A DNA stretch of 64,000 nt from Parcubacteria group bacterium (GCA_041659685.1 JBAZXV010000004.1:6355-70354); one strand, 5' to 3'. Numbered from the stretch's first letter, positions 1 through 10,008 are shown. Notes: generated from the letters alone by a model not told the origin. A program made the numbers and translations.

Positions 1-1
1 G

Positions 2-163
2 GCGCGAAAAGGAAGATTTTATGCGAAACCAAAAAGCCGCCGGCAAGTCCGGGAATCGGCCATGTATCGCTCCAAGATCAAAAAAGAAGTGGACAAGCTC
101 AAAAAAATGGGGAAGTTTGACGAGGAAGCGCTTCAAAGAATCAAGAAAAAACTGGGAGAATAG
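2..163 (+). CDS. rpsU: 30S ribosomal protein S21, 3' part (truncated by window edge)
   Basis: Frame 2 reads ARKGRFYAKPKSRRQVRESAMYRSKIKKEVDKLKKMGK...; S21-like RFY-KP motif; sits before yqeY-ybeY-dgkA as in the conserved rpsU locus. Confidence 0.75.
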   Translation, partial: ARKGRFYAKPKSRRQVRESAMYRSKIKKEVDKLKKMGKFDEEALQRIKKKLGE

Positions 164-167
164 GGAA

Positions 168-282
168 CTGCAGATTAAGCGCAGATTGTTTACAAATTTG
201 ACGCAGATTACGCAGATTTGTAAAAAATATCTGTGTAATTTGTGTGCAATCCGTTATTAATCCGCGTAAAATCCGTCAAATC
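168..282. repeat. Intergenic imperfect inverted repeat of CGCAGATT / AATC(C/T)G(C/T)G units
   Basis: gcagatt units in the left arm, atctgtg/aatccg units in the right arm. Confidence 0.7.
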
Positions 283-284
283 AT

Positions 285-737
285 ATGCTTCACGAGCAAA
301 TCAAAACCGATCTTATAGCGGCGCTTAAGTCCGGCGACAAAGAGAAGGCGGGTGTTTTGCGCTTCCTTATTTCGGCCGTAAAAAACTTTCAGATCGAGAA
401 GAAGGCCCAGGACAAAGAATATCTTTCCGACGAGGATGTCCTTTTGGTCATCACGCGTCAGGCGAAACAAAGGAAGGACTCAATCGAGGAGTATGCAAAA
501 GGAGGACGCGACGATCTGGCTCAAAAGGAAAGGGCGGAACTTGCAATCCTTGAAATTTATCTTCCTACCCGGATGAGCGAAGAAGAAGTGAAGAAAATTG
601 TTGATCAAAGGGCGGCGGAATTGGGGATTTCCGATAAATCAGGGTTTGGGAAATTGATGGGAGTGGCGATGAAGGATCTTCAAGGGAAAGCCGACGGCGC
701 GATCGTCAAAAAAATTGTTGAAGAAAAACTGTCATAA
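285..737 (+). CDS. yqeY: GatB/YqeY domain protein
   Basis: KQRKDSIEEYAKGGRDDLA, YLP, GKADG motifs; follows rpsU. Confidence 0.92.
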   Translation: MLHEQIKTDLIAALKSGDKEKAGVLRFLISAVKNFQIEKKAQDKEYLSDEDVLLVITRQAKQRKDSIEEYAKGGRDDLAQKERAELAILEIYLPTRMSEEEVKKIVDQRAAELGISDKSGFGKLMGVAMKDLQGKADGAIVKKIVEEKLS

Positions 738-875
738 AATAAATCGGCGGTAACTTTTTTATGCCGTCGCTAATTCAGAAATAATCCCGTTTCGCCGGGA
801 GCTTCATTCTGCCGCCTGCTTGTTTGCAGACATGCGACCGACAATAAAAAATTCTCTTTCGAGACAAAATCCGAG

Positions 876-1304
876 ATGGAAATAGAAGTTGCCAATAAAA
901 CAAGAAAAAGGATCAGCAAACTGCTTGTGCAGAAGGCGGTCCGAAAAACTCTCGATGTTTCAAAGAGCAATCGGGAGAATTTTTCTGTTTCCGTTGCTTT
1001 TGTGGAAAAAAGTGAAATTCGGCGGTTGAACCGGATTTATCGCAAAAAAAACAAGCCGACGGACACGCTTTCCTTCTCATACGATTCAGGTTATAATAAA
1101 AGAAAAAGAGTTTACTCGGGGGAACTTGTGCTCTGTCCGGAAATAATCTCAAAGCAGGCAAAGGAGAACAAGGTTGCTTTTCAAAAAGAACTGGTTTTCG
1201 TTTTGTCTCACGGGGTGTTGCATCTTCTCGGCATGAAACACGGGAAAAAAATGTATGAGGTGCAGGACAGGATTTCAAGTTTGAAATTTAAAGAATATAA
1301 TTGA
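876..1304 (+). CDS. ybeY: rRNA maturation endoribonuclease YbeY
   Basis: LN..YRKKNKPTDTLSF and HGVLHLLGMKH zinc motif. Confidence 0.93.
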   Translation: MEIEVANKTRKRISKLLVQKAVRKTLDVSKSNRENFSVSVAFVEKSEIRRLNRIYRKKNKPTDTLSFSYDSGYNKRKRVYSGELVLCPEIISKQAKENKVAFQKELVFVLSHGVLHLLGMKHGKKMYEVQDRISSLKFKEYN

Positions 1305-1307
1305 TCT

Positions 1308-1685
1308 GTGAATAATCTAAAAAAACTTTTTCGCAGTTTTGGTTGCGCTTTTCGCGGGCTGAAGTATATGCTCAGGAATGAGCAAAATTTTCAGTTGGAA
1401 ATTCTGCTGGCGATGCTGGTTGTGATATTTATGTTCATTTTTTCAATTCGCGGCTGGGAGAAAGTGGCTTTGTTTTTGGTTATTTTCTCGGTGCTTGTGA
1501 TGGAAATCATAAATACCATCCTTGAAAGGGTGGTTGACATACTGAAACCCCGGGTTCATCCCTATGCTCATCTCATAAAGGACGTGATGGCGGCGGCAGT
1601 GCTTCTGGCTTCGGTCGGGGCGGTCGTTGTCGGCGCAACCATATTTTATCCTTATTTTAAAGAATTATTATTGCAGGTCATCTGA
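1308..1685 (+). CDS. dgkA: Diacylglycerol/undecaprenol kinase (DgkA family)
   Basis: SF..AFRGL, E.NF, EIINTILERVVD, KDVMAAAVL; three hydrophobic segments. Confidence 0.9.
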   Translation: MNNLKKLFRSFGCAFRGLKYMLRNEQNFQLEILLAMLVVIFMFIFSIRGWEKVALFLVIFSVLVMEIINTILERVVDILKPRVHPYAHLIKDVMAAAVLLASVGAVVVGATIFYPYFKELLLQVI

Positions 1686-1733
1686 TTTTTTTGTATAATT
1701 TTATCGGGACGCCTAATTTGTTGATTAAATACA

Positions 1734-2990
1734 ATGGGAAAGGGAGATATAATTGTCGGACTGGATGTGGGATCATCCAATATTAGAACGGTAATTCTTC
1801 AGAAATTCGAAGAAGAGGAAAAACCGCGCGTTATGGGTGTGGGAACGACTTCTTCTTTTGGCGTGCGCCGGGGAGTAGTGGCTGATATTGAAGAAACCAT
1901 TAAATCGATCGGAGAGGCTGTAAAAAATGCCGAGAGGACATCGGGAATCCCTGTTTCAAAGGCGGTGGTGAGTGTTGGCGGGAATCACATTAAATACCAG
2001 GAAAGTCAGGGCGTTGTAGCCATCGGAAAGGCGGACGGAGAAATTACAGGCGACGACGTCATGCGGTCGCTTACGGCGGCTGAGACAATATCTCTTCCTT
2101 CCAATGTGGAAATAATCCATGTCATTCCCAGAAGCTTTACGGTGGACGATCAAAAGAATATAAAAGATCCCGTCGGGATGAACGGGATAAGACTTGAAGT
2201 TAACGCCCTTTTGGTTCTGGGCTCTTCACCGGTTGTTAAAAACCTTTCCAAATGCGTATATCAATCCGGCGTTGAGATAGAGGACATGGCCTTTTCCGCT
2301 CTTGCCGCCGCCAAGGCCGCCCTTAACAAAAGGCAAAAGGAGCTGGGAGTGGTTCTGGTGGATATGGGCGGAGGAACTACGAATTTCGTCGTATACGAAG
2401 AAGGAGAACTTGTTCAGGTGGGAGTTATTCCCATCGGCGGAGGCCATATCACAAATGATGTGGCGATAGGCCTCAGGACTTCGATTGATGTGGCTGAAAA
2501 AGTGAAGGTGAATTACGGCTCGGCGCTTCCGGATGATATTAGCAAAAAAGATCAGATTAATTTGGCGGAAATAGACCAAAATGAAGAAGGCGAGGTTTCA
2601 CGGCATCACGTGGCTGAAATCATTGAGGCGCGGCTTGAAGAAATATTCACGATGATCGACAAGGAGCTCAGGAAAACAGGCCGGTCGGGAATGCTTCCGG
2701 CAGGAGCGTTGATCGTCGGCGGCGGAGCCAAACTTCCCGGAATTGTCGACCTTGCGAAGAAAATTTTGAGGCTCCCGGCTCAGACGGGTTTTCCGCTTGA
2801 ACTTGGGGGAATTGTTGACAAAGTTGACGAACCTGGGTTTATCACGGCTGTGGGGCTGGCTCTCTGGGGCATGGAAGAGCTTGCTGACGGGGGATCGGCA
2901 AAGGGAAGGATGCCGGGCATGAACAGTATCCCGAAAATGGGGCAGACAGTGGATAAGATGAAAGGATGGCTAAGGAAATTCTTACCCTAG
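1734..2990 (+). CDS. ftsA: Cell division protein FtsA
   Basis: GLDVGSS, VDMGGGTT, IGGGHITNDVA, GGGAKLPG; directly upstream of ftsZ. Confidence 0.97.
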   Translation: MGKGDIIVGLDVGSSNIRTVILQKFEEEEKPRVMGVGTTSSFGVRRGVVADIEETIKSIGEAVKNAERTSGIPVSKAVVSVGGNHIKYQESQGVVAIGKADGEITGDDVMRSLTAAETISLPSNVEIIHVIPRSFTVDDQKNIKDPVGMNGIRLEVNALLVLGSSPVVKNLSKCVYQSGVEIEDMAFSALAAAKAALNKRQKELGVVLVDMGGGTTNFVVYEEGELVQVGVIPIGGGHITNDVAIGLRTSIDVAEKVKVNYGSALPDDISKKDQINLAEIDQNEEGEVSRHHVAEIIEARLEEIFTMIDKELRKTGRSGMLPAGALIVGGGAKLPGIVDLAKKILRLPAQTGFPLELGGIVDKVDEPGFITAVGLALWGMEELADGGSAKGRMPGMNSIPKMGQTVDKMKGWLRKFLP

Positions 2991-2994
2991 GCAA

Positions 2995-3133
2995 GAATTT
3001 CAAATCCTAAATCCTAAATCCGAAATCCGAACAATATCCAAATCCAAAAATAAAAATCAAAACATCTTGAATATTTGGGTATTTGAACTTTGGATTTGTT
3101 TAGGATTTGGCGCTTAGAATTTAGGATTTTTTA
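2995..3133. repeat. Heptamer-periodic inverted repeat (AAATCCT / AGGATTT)
   Basis: caaatcctaaatcctaaatccgaaatcc...ggatttgtttaggatttgg...tttaggattt between ftsA and ftsZ. Confidence 0.8.
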
Positions 3134-3138
3134 AGTTC

Positions 3139-3168
3139 TTGACACTTTTTAAGGCACTATGCTAGATT
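3139..3168 (+). promoter_or_regulatory. Sigma70-type promoter for ftsZ
   Basis: TTGACA-N18-TAGATT with extended -10 TG. Confidence 0.5.
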
Positions 3169-3204
3169 GACATACTGATAATTAAAAGGATTTTAGTAAA
3201 TTTT

Positions 3205-4443
3205 ATGGCGGAAATAAAACCAGATGTAGAAACGTTTGCCCGGATAAAGGTTGTCGGGGTTGGCGGATCGGGTGTCAACGCGATCAGCCGCATGATTGAG
3301 TGCAAACTCAAGGGTGTCGAATTTGTTGCGATAAACACTGACGCTCAGGCCCTTCATCATTCAAAAGCGCCGGAGAAAATACATATAGGAAAAAATTTGA
3401 CGAAGGGATTGGGGGCGGGGATGAATCCGGAAATAGGACGTCAGGCGGCGGAAGAAAACCGTGACGAAATTCACGAAGTCCTCAAGGGCGCGGACATGGT
3501 CTTTGTAACTTGCGGGCTGGGCGGAGGAACAGGCACTGGCGCTTCACCGGTTGTGGCTGAAGCCGCCAAGGAAGCCGGAGCCCTGACTATTGCTGTCGTC
3601 ACAAAGCCGTTCAGCTTTGAAGGCGCTCAGAGGAAGGCGATTGCTCATGAGGGTCTTGAAAATTTGAAAGACAGAGTGGACGCGCTCATCGTTGTTCCGA
3701 ATGACAGATTGCTTCAGATAATTGACCGGAAAACGACACTGGTAAACGCTTTCCGGGTTGTCGATGACATTCTCCGGCAAGGCGTTCAGGGAATATCCGA
3801 TCTCATAACCAAGCCCGGCATCGTTAATGTTGATTTTGCGGATGTGAGAGCGATTCTTCAGGATTCCGGATCAGCTCTTATGGGAATTGGAATCGCTTCG
3901 GGTGAAAACAGATCTTCTCAGGCTGCCAAGATGGCCATTAACAGCCCGCTTCTTGAGTTTTCTATTGACGGGGCCAAGGGCATTCTCTTTAATGTAAGCG
4001 GCGGCCCGGATGTCACCATGCTCGAAATTAATGAAGCGGCTAATATTATTACCGAAAGCATTGATCCCAACGCCAAGGTTATTTTCGGGGCCACTATTGA
4101 CGATTCAGCTAAGAAGGGAGAGATCAGCCTGACTGTTGTGGCGGCCGGATTTGATTCTGAAACCGTAAATGAATCTTCAATTATCACTGCCGCGAATCAT
4201 TCCCCGGCTTTTCAGGAGGCTAAAAAGAGCCTTTTTGATGAAGAAGAATCCTTGCCGGCTGTTCCGTCTCAGGTTTCTTCAGCATCCAAAATGGAAGAAA
4301 AGCCGAAATTCATCGTCGAGGAAAAAGTTTCCGATAAGCCCAAACGGAAAATTAATTTCGAATCGAAAGTAAGTTCAATTGGGGAAGACGAAGACGATGA
4401 ACTCGAAATCCCGGCGTTTATCAGAAGAAAAATGAAGAAATAG
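3205..4443 (+). CDS. ftsZ: Cell division GTPase FtsZ
   Basis: GGGTGTG tubulin signature, NVDFADV, C-terminal [10 protein letters not shown]. Confidence 0.99.
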   Translation: MAEIKPDVETFARIKVVGVGGSGVNAISRMIECKLKGVEFVAINTDAQALHHSKAPEKIHIGKNLTKGLGAGMNPEIGRQAAEENRDEIHEVLKGADMVFVTCGLGGGTGTGASPVVAEAAKEAGALTIAVVTKPFSFEGAQRKAIAHEGLENLKDRVDALIVVPNDRLLQIIDRKTTLVNAFRVVDDILRQGVQGISDLITKPGIVNVDFADVRAILQDSGSALMGIGIASGENRSSQAAKMAINSPLLEFSIDGAKGILFNVSGGPDVTMLEINEAANIITESIDPNAKVIFGATIDDSAKKGEISLTVVAAGFDSETVNESSIITAANHSPAFQEAKKSLFDEEESLPAVPSQVSSASKMEEKPKFIVEEKVSDKPKRKINFESKVSSIGEDEDDELEIPAFIRRKMKK

Positions 4444-4502
4444 ATTTACTCTGTTGAATCTGGCGGAAGAACGGCGGCTGACAACTATTTAACAGAGCGA
4501 AT

Positions 4503-4569
4503 TGTGGATAACTCAGAATTTTACGATAAAAAAGCCTGTTTGACAGGCTTTTTGCAATTGTGGTAAAAT
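4503..4569 (+). promoter_or_regulatory. DnaA box and sigma70 promoter of the nrdR-nrdD-nrdG operon
   Basis: TGTGGATAA at 4503-4511; TTGACA 4540-4545, N18, TG-n-TAAAAT 4564-4569. Confidence 0.6.
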
Positions 4570-4580
4570 TCCTTTCAGGA

Positions 4581-4596
4581 ACACAAGATGTAGTGT
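4581..4596 (+). promoter_or_regulatory. NrdR box
   Basis: ACACAAGATGTAGTGT matches the NrdR consensus acaCwAtATaTwGtgt, just downstream of the nrd promoter. Confidence 0.8.
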
Positions 4597-4636
4597 AAAA
4601 AGGGGTTCTTCGGATCTCCCTTCTTAATTCTCAAAA

Positions 4637-4713
4637 ATTAGAATTGAGATGTGAGAGTGAGATATGAGAAATTATTCAGACTCACTCCTCAAATCTCTAT
4701 CTCATCTCTAAAA
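4637..4713. repeat. Heptamer-periodic inverted repeat (TGAGA / TCTCA)
   Basis: ttgagatgtgagagtgagatatgaga...ctcaaatctctatctcatctctaa; related to 5165-5246. Confidence 0.7.
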
Positions 4714-4715
4714 TT

Positions 4716-5168
4716 ATGGTTTGTCCTTTCTGCAGTCATATAGAAACAAAAGTGATAGACTCCCGGGAATCCGGCGACGGAAAAGTTATTCGCCGGCGGC
4801 GGGAATGCCTGAAATGCAGGAAGCGCTTCAGTACGTATGAACAGTTAGAGCTTCTGAATTTTGTGGTCATGAAGAAAGACGGGCGAAAGGAGGATTACAA
4901 AAGAGAAAAACTTGAGATGGGAATTAAAAAGGCGCTTGAAAAAAGGCCGGTGGAAGACAGAAAAATAGAGGAAATGGTTGATGAGATTGAATATAAGCTT
5001 CATCAGAAAGGGGATTGCGGCATTTCTTCGAAAGAAATCGGCGGATTGGTTCTGGAAAGATTGAAGGCAATTGACGATGTGGCGTACCTGCGTTTCGTCT
5101 CGGTCTATAAATCTTTTGGCAGCGCAGAAAGCTTTAAGAAAGAAGCGGAGAAACTTTCACAAAGTTGA
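4716..5168 (+). CDS. nrdR: Transcriptional repressor NrdR
   Basis: CPFC...VIDSR...RRRRECLKC zinc ribbon, ATP cone, VAYLRFVSVY. Confidence 0.97.
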   Translation: MVCPFCSHIETKVIDSRESGDGKVIRRRRECLKCRKRFSTYEQLELLNFVVMKKDGRKEDYKREKLEMGIKKALEKRPVEDRKIEEMVDEIEYKLHQKGDCGISSKEIGGLVLERLKAIDDVAYLRFVSVYKSFGSAESFKKEAEKLSQS

Positions 5169-5246
5169 GAATCGAGATAGAGATATGAGATCAGAAAATA
5201 ATTTCTTTCAACTCTCTATCTCAAATCTCATGTCTAATTTCTAATT
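5165..5246. repeat. Heptamer-periodic inverted repeat (GAGAT / ATCTC)
   Basis: ttgagaatcgagatagagatatgagatc...ctctctatctcaaatctcatgtc. Confidence 0.7.
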
Positions 5247-5266
5247 TCGGGGGTGAAAACAAAAAA

Positions 5267-7468
5267 ATGATTGCAGTTAAAAAGGGTCAAAAAATGGTCA
5301 GTAAAAAAGAAAGATCCGCCTCAGGCAGGGAGGGTTGCGTTGATCGGGTAGTGAAGCGCGACGGGCGCGTCGTTAAGTTTGAACAGGAAAAAATCACCAA
5401 AGCTGTGATGAAATCTTTCGCGGAAACGGGCGAGGGCAAAGAAGCGGATGCGAAAAAAGTTTCTTCGAAGGTAGTCCAGCTCCTTAATAAAAATTACAAA
5501 AAAGGAAACGTTCCTGAAATCGAGGAAATTCAGGATCTCGTGGAGCGCGTTCTCATGATCCTGGACTTCGAGGAAACCGCTAAAGCCTATATCCTTTATC
5601 GTGAACAGCATCGGAAAATTCGCGAATCGGAAGAAGCGCTTAAGGAAGCGGTGGATCTCGTCGACAAATATATAAAGGAAATCGATTGGCAGGTGAAAGA
5701 AAATGCCAACATGAGTTATTCCCTTCAGGGCCTTAATAACTACATTTCTTCAATTGTCAGCTCAAAATATTGGCTAAACCGCGTTTATTCAAAAGCCATT
5801 CGCGATGCGCACGACGAGGGAGATTTTCATATTCATGATCTCGACAAAATCGCCGCCTACTGCTGCGGCTGGGATCTTCAGGATCTGCTCCGCCGCGGTT
5901 TTACCGGAGTTCCCGGGAAAATCGCCTGCAAACCGCCTAAACACCTCCGAACAACTATCGGGCAGATGGTTAACTTTTTCTATACTCTCCAGGGAGAAGT
6001 GGCAGGTGCGGAAGCATTTTCTAATTTTGACACTCTTTTGGCTCCGTTTGTAAGATACGACGGACTTTCTTTCAAGGAGGTGAAGCAATGCATGCAGGAA
6101 TTCGTTTTTAATGTCAATGTTCCCACCCGGGTCGGATTCCAAACGCCTTTCACGAATATCACCCTGGACATCGTTCCTCCAAAAAATATGGCGGAAGAAT
6201 CGGTGATTATCGGCGGAGTGCCGCAAAAGGAAAAATACGGGGAATTTCAGGAAGAAATGAATATGATAAACAAAGCTTTCGCCGAAGTAATGGCGGAAGG
6301 CGATGCCAACGGGCGGGTTTTCACTTTTCCGATTCCGACCTATAACATCACCCGGGATTTCAATTGGGACGATGAGCACCTGAAGCCTATTTGGGAGATG
6401 ACTGCCAAATATGGCATTCCCTATTTTGCCAATTTCATCAATTCGGATATGGATCCCGACGACGCGCGTTCGATGTGCTGCCGGCTCAGGATAGACAATC
6501 GCGAACTTCATAAGCGAGGAGGCGGACTTTTTGGCGCCAACCCTTTGACCGGTTCGATCGGCGTTGTCACAATTAACCTGGCCCGCATTGGATATTTGGC
6601 GAAGAAAGAATCCAAGAGCAAAGCGGCCGGCAAGAAAGATTTCTACGCGCGGATTGACAAAATAATGGATCTTGCCAAGGAAAGCCTTGAGACAAAAAGA
6701 AAAATCATCGACAGCTTCATGAAGAAGGGACTTTACCCTTACGCGAGATTTTATCTGGACAGCATCTATAAGCGCCGGGGAAATTACTGGGCTAACCATT
6801 TTTCAACAATCGGAATTATCGGGATGAATGAGGCTCTTAAAAATTTCATGGGAGAAACTACGGCAACTGAAAAAGGGATAAAATTTGCCGAAGAAGTTCT
6901 GATTCATATGCGCGAAAGGCTCGTAAAATATCAGGAAGAAACAGGGAATCTTTATAATCTTGAAGCGACTCCGGGCGAAGGAACTTCTTACCGGCTTGCC
7001 ATAAAAGATCGCAAAAAATATCCCGATATGATATTTGCGAACGGTCAAATCGGAGAAAACGATAAGATCGAACCCTACTACACAAATTCCACCCAGCTTC
7101 CCGTCGGGCACACCGATGATTTCTTCGAGGCGCTGCAGCTCCAGGAACCGCTTCAGACGAAATACACCGGCGGAACGGTTTTGCATGGCTTTATGGGGGA
7201 AAGAATCGAAGACATCGAAACAACAAAAAAACTAGTGAGGACAGTTTCCGAAAAATACGCCCTTCCTTACTTTACTTTATCTCCGACCTTCAGCATCTGC
7301 CCGTCGCACGGGTATCTGGTTGGAGAACATGAATTTTGCCCCAAATGCGTTGTGGAGCAAAAGTGCGAAGTTTACTCCCGAATCGTCGGCTATATCCGTC
7401 CCGTTGAACAATGGAACAAAGGCAAGGCGACGGAATATGGAGACCGAAAAGAATTTGTGGTCGGATAA
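5267..7468 (+). CDS. nrdD: Anaerobic (class III) ribonucleoside-triphosphate reductase with ATP cone
   Basis: VVKRDG ATP cone, HIHDLD, SMCCRL, YTNS, CPSHGY...CPKC, glycyl-radical motif YSRIVGYIRP. Confidence 0.97.
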   Translation: MIAVKKGQKMVSKKERSASGREGCVDRVVKRDGRVVKFEQEKITKAVMKSFAETGEGKEADAKKVSSKVVQLLNKNYKKGNVPEIEEIQDLVERVLMILDFEETAKAYILYREQHRKIRESEEALKEAVDLVDKYIKEIDWQVKENANMSYSLQGLNNYISSIVSSKYWLNRVYSKAIRDAHDEGDFHIHDLDKIAAYCCGWDLQDLLRRGFTGVPGKIACKPPKHLRTTIGQMVNFFYTLQGEVAGAEAFSNFDTLLAPFVRYDGLSFKEVKQCMQEFVFNVNVPTRVGFQTPFTNITLDIVPPKNMAEESVIIGGVPQKEKYGEFQEEMNMINKAFAEVMAEGDANGRVFTFPIPTYNITRDFNWDDEHLKPIWEMTAKYGIPYFANFINSDMDPDDARSMCCRLRIDNRELHKRGGGLFGANPLTGSIGVVTINLARIGYLAKKESKSKAAGKKDFYARIDKIMDLAKESLETKRKIIDSFMKKGLYPYARFYLDSIYKRRGNYWANHFSTIGIIGMNEALKNFMGETTATEKGIKFAEEVLIHMRERLVKYQEETGNLYNLEATPGEGTSYRLAIKDRKKYPDMIFANGQIGENDKIEPYYTNSTQLPVGHTDDFFEALQLQEPLQTKYTGGTVLHGFMGERIEDIETTKKLVRTVSEKYALPYFTLSPTFSICPSHGYLVGEHEFCPKCVVEQKCEVYSRIVGYIRPVEQWNKGKATEYGDRKEFVVG

Positions 7469-7475
7469 TTTTCTC

Positions 7476-7574
7476 GAAACGCGCAACTCGTAACGCATAA
7501 CGATTTTTCTAAGATGATCTTCAATCGGGCGTTTCGGGTTGCGCGTTATGCGTTATGCGTTATGCGTTATGCGA
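7476..7574. repeat. Heptamer-periodic inverted repeat (CGCATAA / TTATGCG)
   Basis: cgcaactcgtaacgcataacg...gcgttatgcgttatgcgttatgcgttatgcg. Confidence 0.8.
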
Positions 7575-7579
7575 AAAAT

Positions 7580-8275
7580 ATGATTATCGGAGGACTCCAA
7601 AAACTGACCCTTATTGATTATCCCGGTCACATCGCGGCCACGGTTTTTACCGTGGGCTGTAATTTTCGCTGTCCGTTTTGCCATAATCCCGAACTCGTGG
7701 AACATGGAAAATGGAACATGGAACGCAAAATAGAAGAAGAGTTCTTCCAATTGTTGAGAGAAAGGCAGGGGAAGCTCGAAGGCGTGTGTATCACTGGCGG
7801 GGAACCGACGATTCAGCCTGATATCATTGATTTTATCCGAAAAATAAAGGAGCTGGGATTCAAAGTAAAATTGGATACAAACGGAACACGGCCAGACGTT
7901 TTGAGGCTTTTATATGCCCAAAATTTGCTCGATTATACGGCTATGGACATCAAAAATTCACTGGAAAATTACGCCAAAACAGCGAATAATAATCTGGACA
8001 TCGAGCGTATCAAACTAAGCGTGAATCTTATCAGAAATTCTGGCGTTGATTATGAATTTCGAACCACAGTTGTTCCGGGTTTGCATAAAGAAGGAGATTT
8101 TGAGAAAATAGGAAAATGGCTTGAAGGCGTGAAAAAATATGTATTGCAAGCCTACGAAGACAAGGGGAAAATTCTGGATCCGAATCTGAAGAAGAGAATA
8201 AAAGGGAAAAAGATGGATTTGGAGAAAATAGGAAAAAATATTGAAAAGTATTTTGGGAAAGTGGAGATTAGATGA
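7580..8275 (+). CDS. nrdG: Anaerobic RNR activating radical-SAM enzyme
   Basis: CNFRCPFCHN CxxxCxxC, ITGGEPT, KLDTNG, YEFRTT; start moved to ATG 7580 because the upstream part is repeat. Confidence 0.95.
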   Translation: MIIGGLQKLTLIDYPGHIAATVFTVGCNFRCPFCHNPELVEHGKWNMERKIEEEFFQLLRERQGKLEGVCITGGEPTIQPDIIDFIRKIKELGFKVKLDTNGTRPDVLRLLYAQNLLDYTAMDIKNSLENYAKTANNNLDIERIKLSVNLIRNSGVDYEFRTTVVPGLHKEGDFEKIGKWLEGVKKYVLQAYEDKGKILDPNLKKRIKGKKMDLEKIGKNIEKYFGKVEIR

Positions 8276-8372
8276 ACTCAAAATTCAAAACGCAAAACTC
8301 AAAGCTACAGCGCAAAGCTAAAAACTTTTTTGAAATTTTGAATTTTGAACTGTAGCTTTGCACTTTGCGCTC
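8276..8372. repeat. Heptamer-periodic inverted repeat ((T/G)CAAAA / TTTTG(A/C))
   Basis: ctcaaaattcaaaacgcaaaactcaaagctacag...ttttgaattttgaactgtagctttgcactttgcg; similar to 48423-48522. Confidence 0.75.
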
Positions 8373-8378
8373 AAATTC

Positions 8379-8633
8379 ATGTTCAAAAAACTCTTCCTAA
8401 TTATCATAATTCTCGCAGTCGCCGTCGTCTGGCTTGGCGGTATTTTCTCAGTTTATTTTTCACCTTTTTCTTTTACGATTCAAAAACCGGAAAAGGATTT
8501 TATGAAAAAAGTTGTTCGAAAAATCGAAGGATTCGTTTACCGGGAAGCAACCGAGCATAATCCGGCAGGAGATATGCTTCCCGACCAGATAGACGATAAT
8601 ATTAAAAAAGAAATCAAGGACAGGGTGAATTGA
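8379..8633 (+). CDS. Small membrane-anchored hypothetical protein
   Basis: N-terminal hydrophobic helix; operon position. Confidence 0.6.
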   Translation: MFKKLFLIIIILAVAVVWLGGIFSVYFSPFSFTIQKPEKDFMKKVVRKIEGFVYREATEHNPAGDMLPDQIDDNIKKEIKDRVN

Positions 8634-8679
8634 GATATTCGCAAACGATTTCAATTTTGAAAGAAAATAATTTGAACAT

Positions 8680-9033
8680 ATGCTTGGAAGGATAAGGAAA
8701 CACAGTGTCAAGATAATTGTCTTTGCTATAAATATTTGTTTGGCCGCAGCTGCGGTTTTTATTATCCGCGAGAAGGATCAGCCCCGTCTTCTTGAGAAAT
8801 TCCAAAAGGATAGCAGCGGCTTAGAGGCTGAAAATTCCGCCAAAATTAATTCCAGCGTGGCAGATGATCCGGGCCAAAACAGTCAGACTGGCGCTGATTC
8901 CGGGGCCGCTGGCGCCGTTGAACCCTCTCCCGATTCAACCGTCGCTAATCCGATTCCTGTCCCTGTTTCCGCTCCGGTTGCGCCGCCGGTCCAAAAACCG
9001 AAACCGTCTAACGCCAAAACCAAAACCTCTTAA
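8680..9033 (+). CDS. Membrane-anchored protein with Pro-rich tail ending TKTS
   Basis: N-terminal TM helix, low-complexity Pro/Ala/Ser linker; directly upstream of apbE. Confidence 0.7.
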   Translation: MLGRIRKHSVKIIVFAINICLAAAAVFIIREKDQPRLLEKFQKDSSGLEAENSAKINSSVADDPGQNSQTGADSGAAGAVEPSPDSTVANPIPVPVSAPVAPPVQKPKPSNAKTKTS

Positions 9034-9048
9034 ATTGCTTTTGAAATT

Positions 9049-9981
9049 ATGAATTTATATTCAGAAAAAATAAGCTTTAAAGCTCTGGGAACTGATATTC
9101 AGGCGGAAATAATTTTCGGCGATGCATCAAAAAAAGAAAAAGCGGAATCGGACCTTGAGTCGCTGAAAGATATTTATTTTACCAAACAAAAAATTTTTTG
9201 CCGTTTTTATGGAAAAAGCGAGCTCAACCGTTTGAATTCGAATTTGGGGTCATTTCAGAAGGCCTTGCCCGATATCGTGTATTTGGCCAAGCGGGCTCTT
9301 TTTTATAACAAATTGAGCGGCGGAATGTACGATCCGCGCGTTATTGAAATCCTTGAAAAAATCGGATACAAAAAAGATTTTAAAAAAACCGACTTTTCAA
9401 AAATGGAAATGCCGGAAAATTTTGATGAAATCGCAACACCCTTAAGCGGGGATCTCAAAATCAGGGAGGAAAAATTATTTTTTGCGCGGCGGATGGATTT
9501 CTCCGGCATCGCCAAAGGTTATATCACTGACTGCGCCGCAAAATTTTTGAAAAGCAGGGGCTGGCATGATTTCTTGATTAATTCGGGCGGAGATATGTCG
9601 ATTGCGGGAAAAAACGCCGAAGGGGAAAAATGGAGAATTGAAATTGAAGGCGTGCCGAAAGAAAAAATGATGCTTGAAATATCCGAAAGAGGAATTGCCA
9701 CCTCCGGAATCAGCCGGAAAAAATGGCAAATTAAAGGAAAAAAATTCCATCATCTCGTGAATCCGAAGGATCCGAACAGCTATTCCTATGAAATTCGGAC
9801 TGTTTCCGTAATCGCAAAAAATACGGAAAACGCCGACGGACGGGCAAAAACATTGGTTCTGATGGGGAAGGAAAGAGGAATGAATTTTGCGGAAAAAAAC
9901 GGAATTGCCGCCGTTTTTTTGGATTATAAAGGCGGCATCTTCATCACCCCCGAATCCAAAAAATATCTTGCCTCCACTTAG
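9049..9981 (+). CDS. apbE: FAD:protein FMN transferase (ApbE)
   Basis: ALGT, SELNRLN, YDPRV, DFSGIAKGY, NSGGD, ATSG, HHLVNP, ADG motifs. Confidence 0.93.
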   Translation: MNLYSEKISFKALGTDIQAEIIFGDASKKEKAESDLESLKDIYFTKQKIFCRFYGKSELNRLNSNLGSFQKALPDIVYLAKRALFYNKLSGGMYDPRVIEILEKIGYKKDFKKTDFSKMEMPENFDEIATPLSGDLKIREEKLFFARRMDFSGIAKGYITDCAAKFLKSRGWHDFLINSGGDMSIAGKNAEGEKWRIEIEGVPKEKMMLEISERGIATSGISRKKWQIKGKKFHHLVNPKDPNSYSYEIRTVSVIAKNTENADGRAKTLVLMGKERGMNFAEKNGIAAVFLDYKGGIFITPESKKYLAST

Positions 9982-9999
9982 ACACCGAGTGTCTAAGTG
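9975..9999. repeat. Perfect 11-bp palindrome (REP-like)
   Basis: CACTTAGACAC-cga-GTGTCTAAGTG. Confidence 0.7.
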
Positions 10000-10008
10000 A
10001 AAATATAT

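Noticed and set aside
21-260. 79-aa ORF in the track
   Set aside because: Alternative frame of rpsU running into the repeat
5789-6799. 336-aa antisense ORF (and similar ones opposite the kinase, HD, ABC and fusA genes)
   Set aside because: Shadow of a well-supported sense gene, with no motifs
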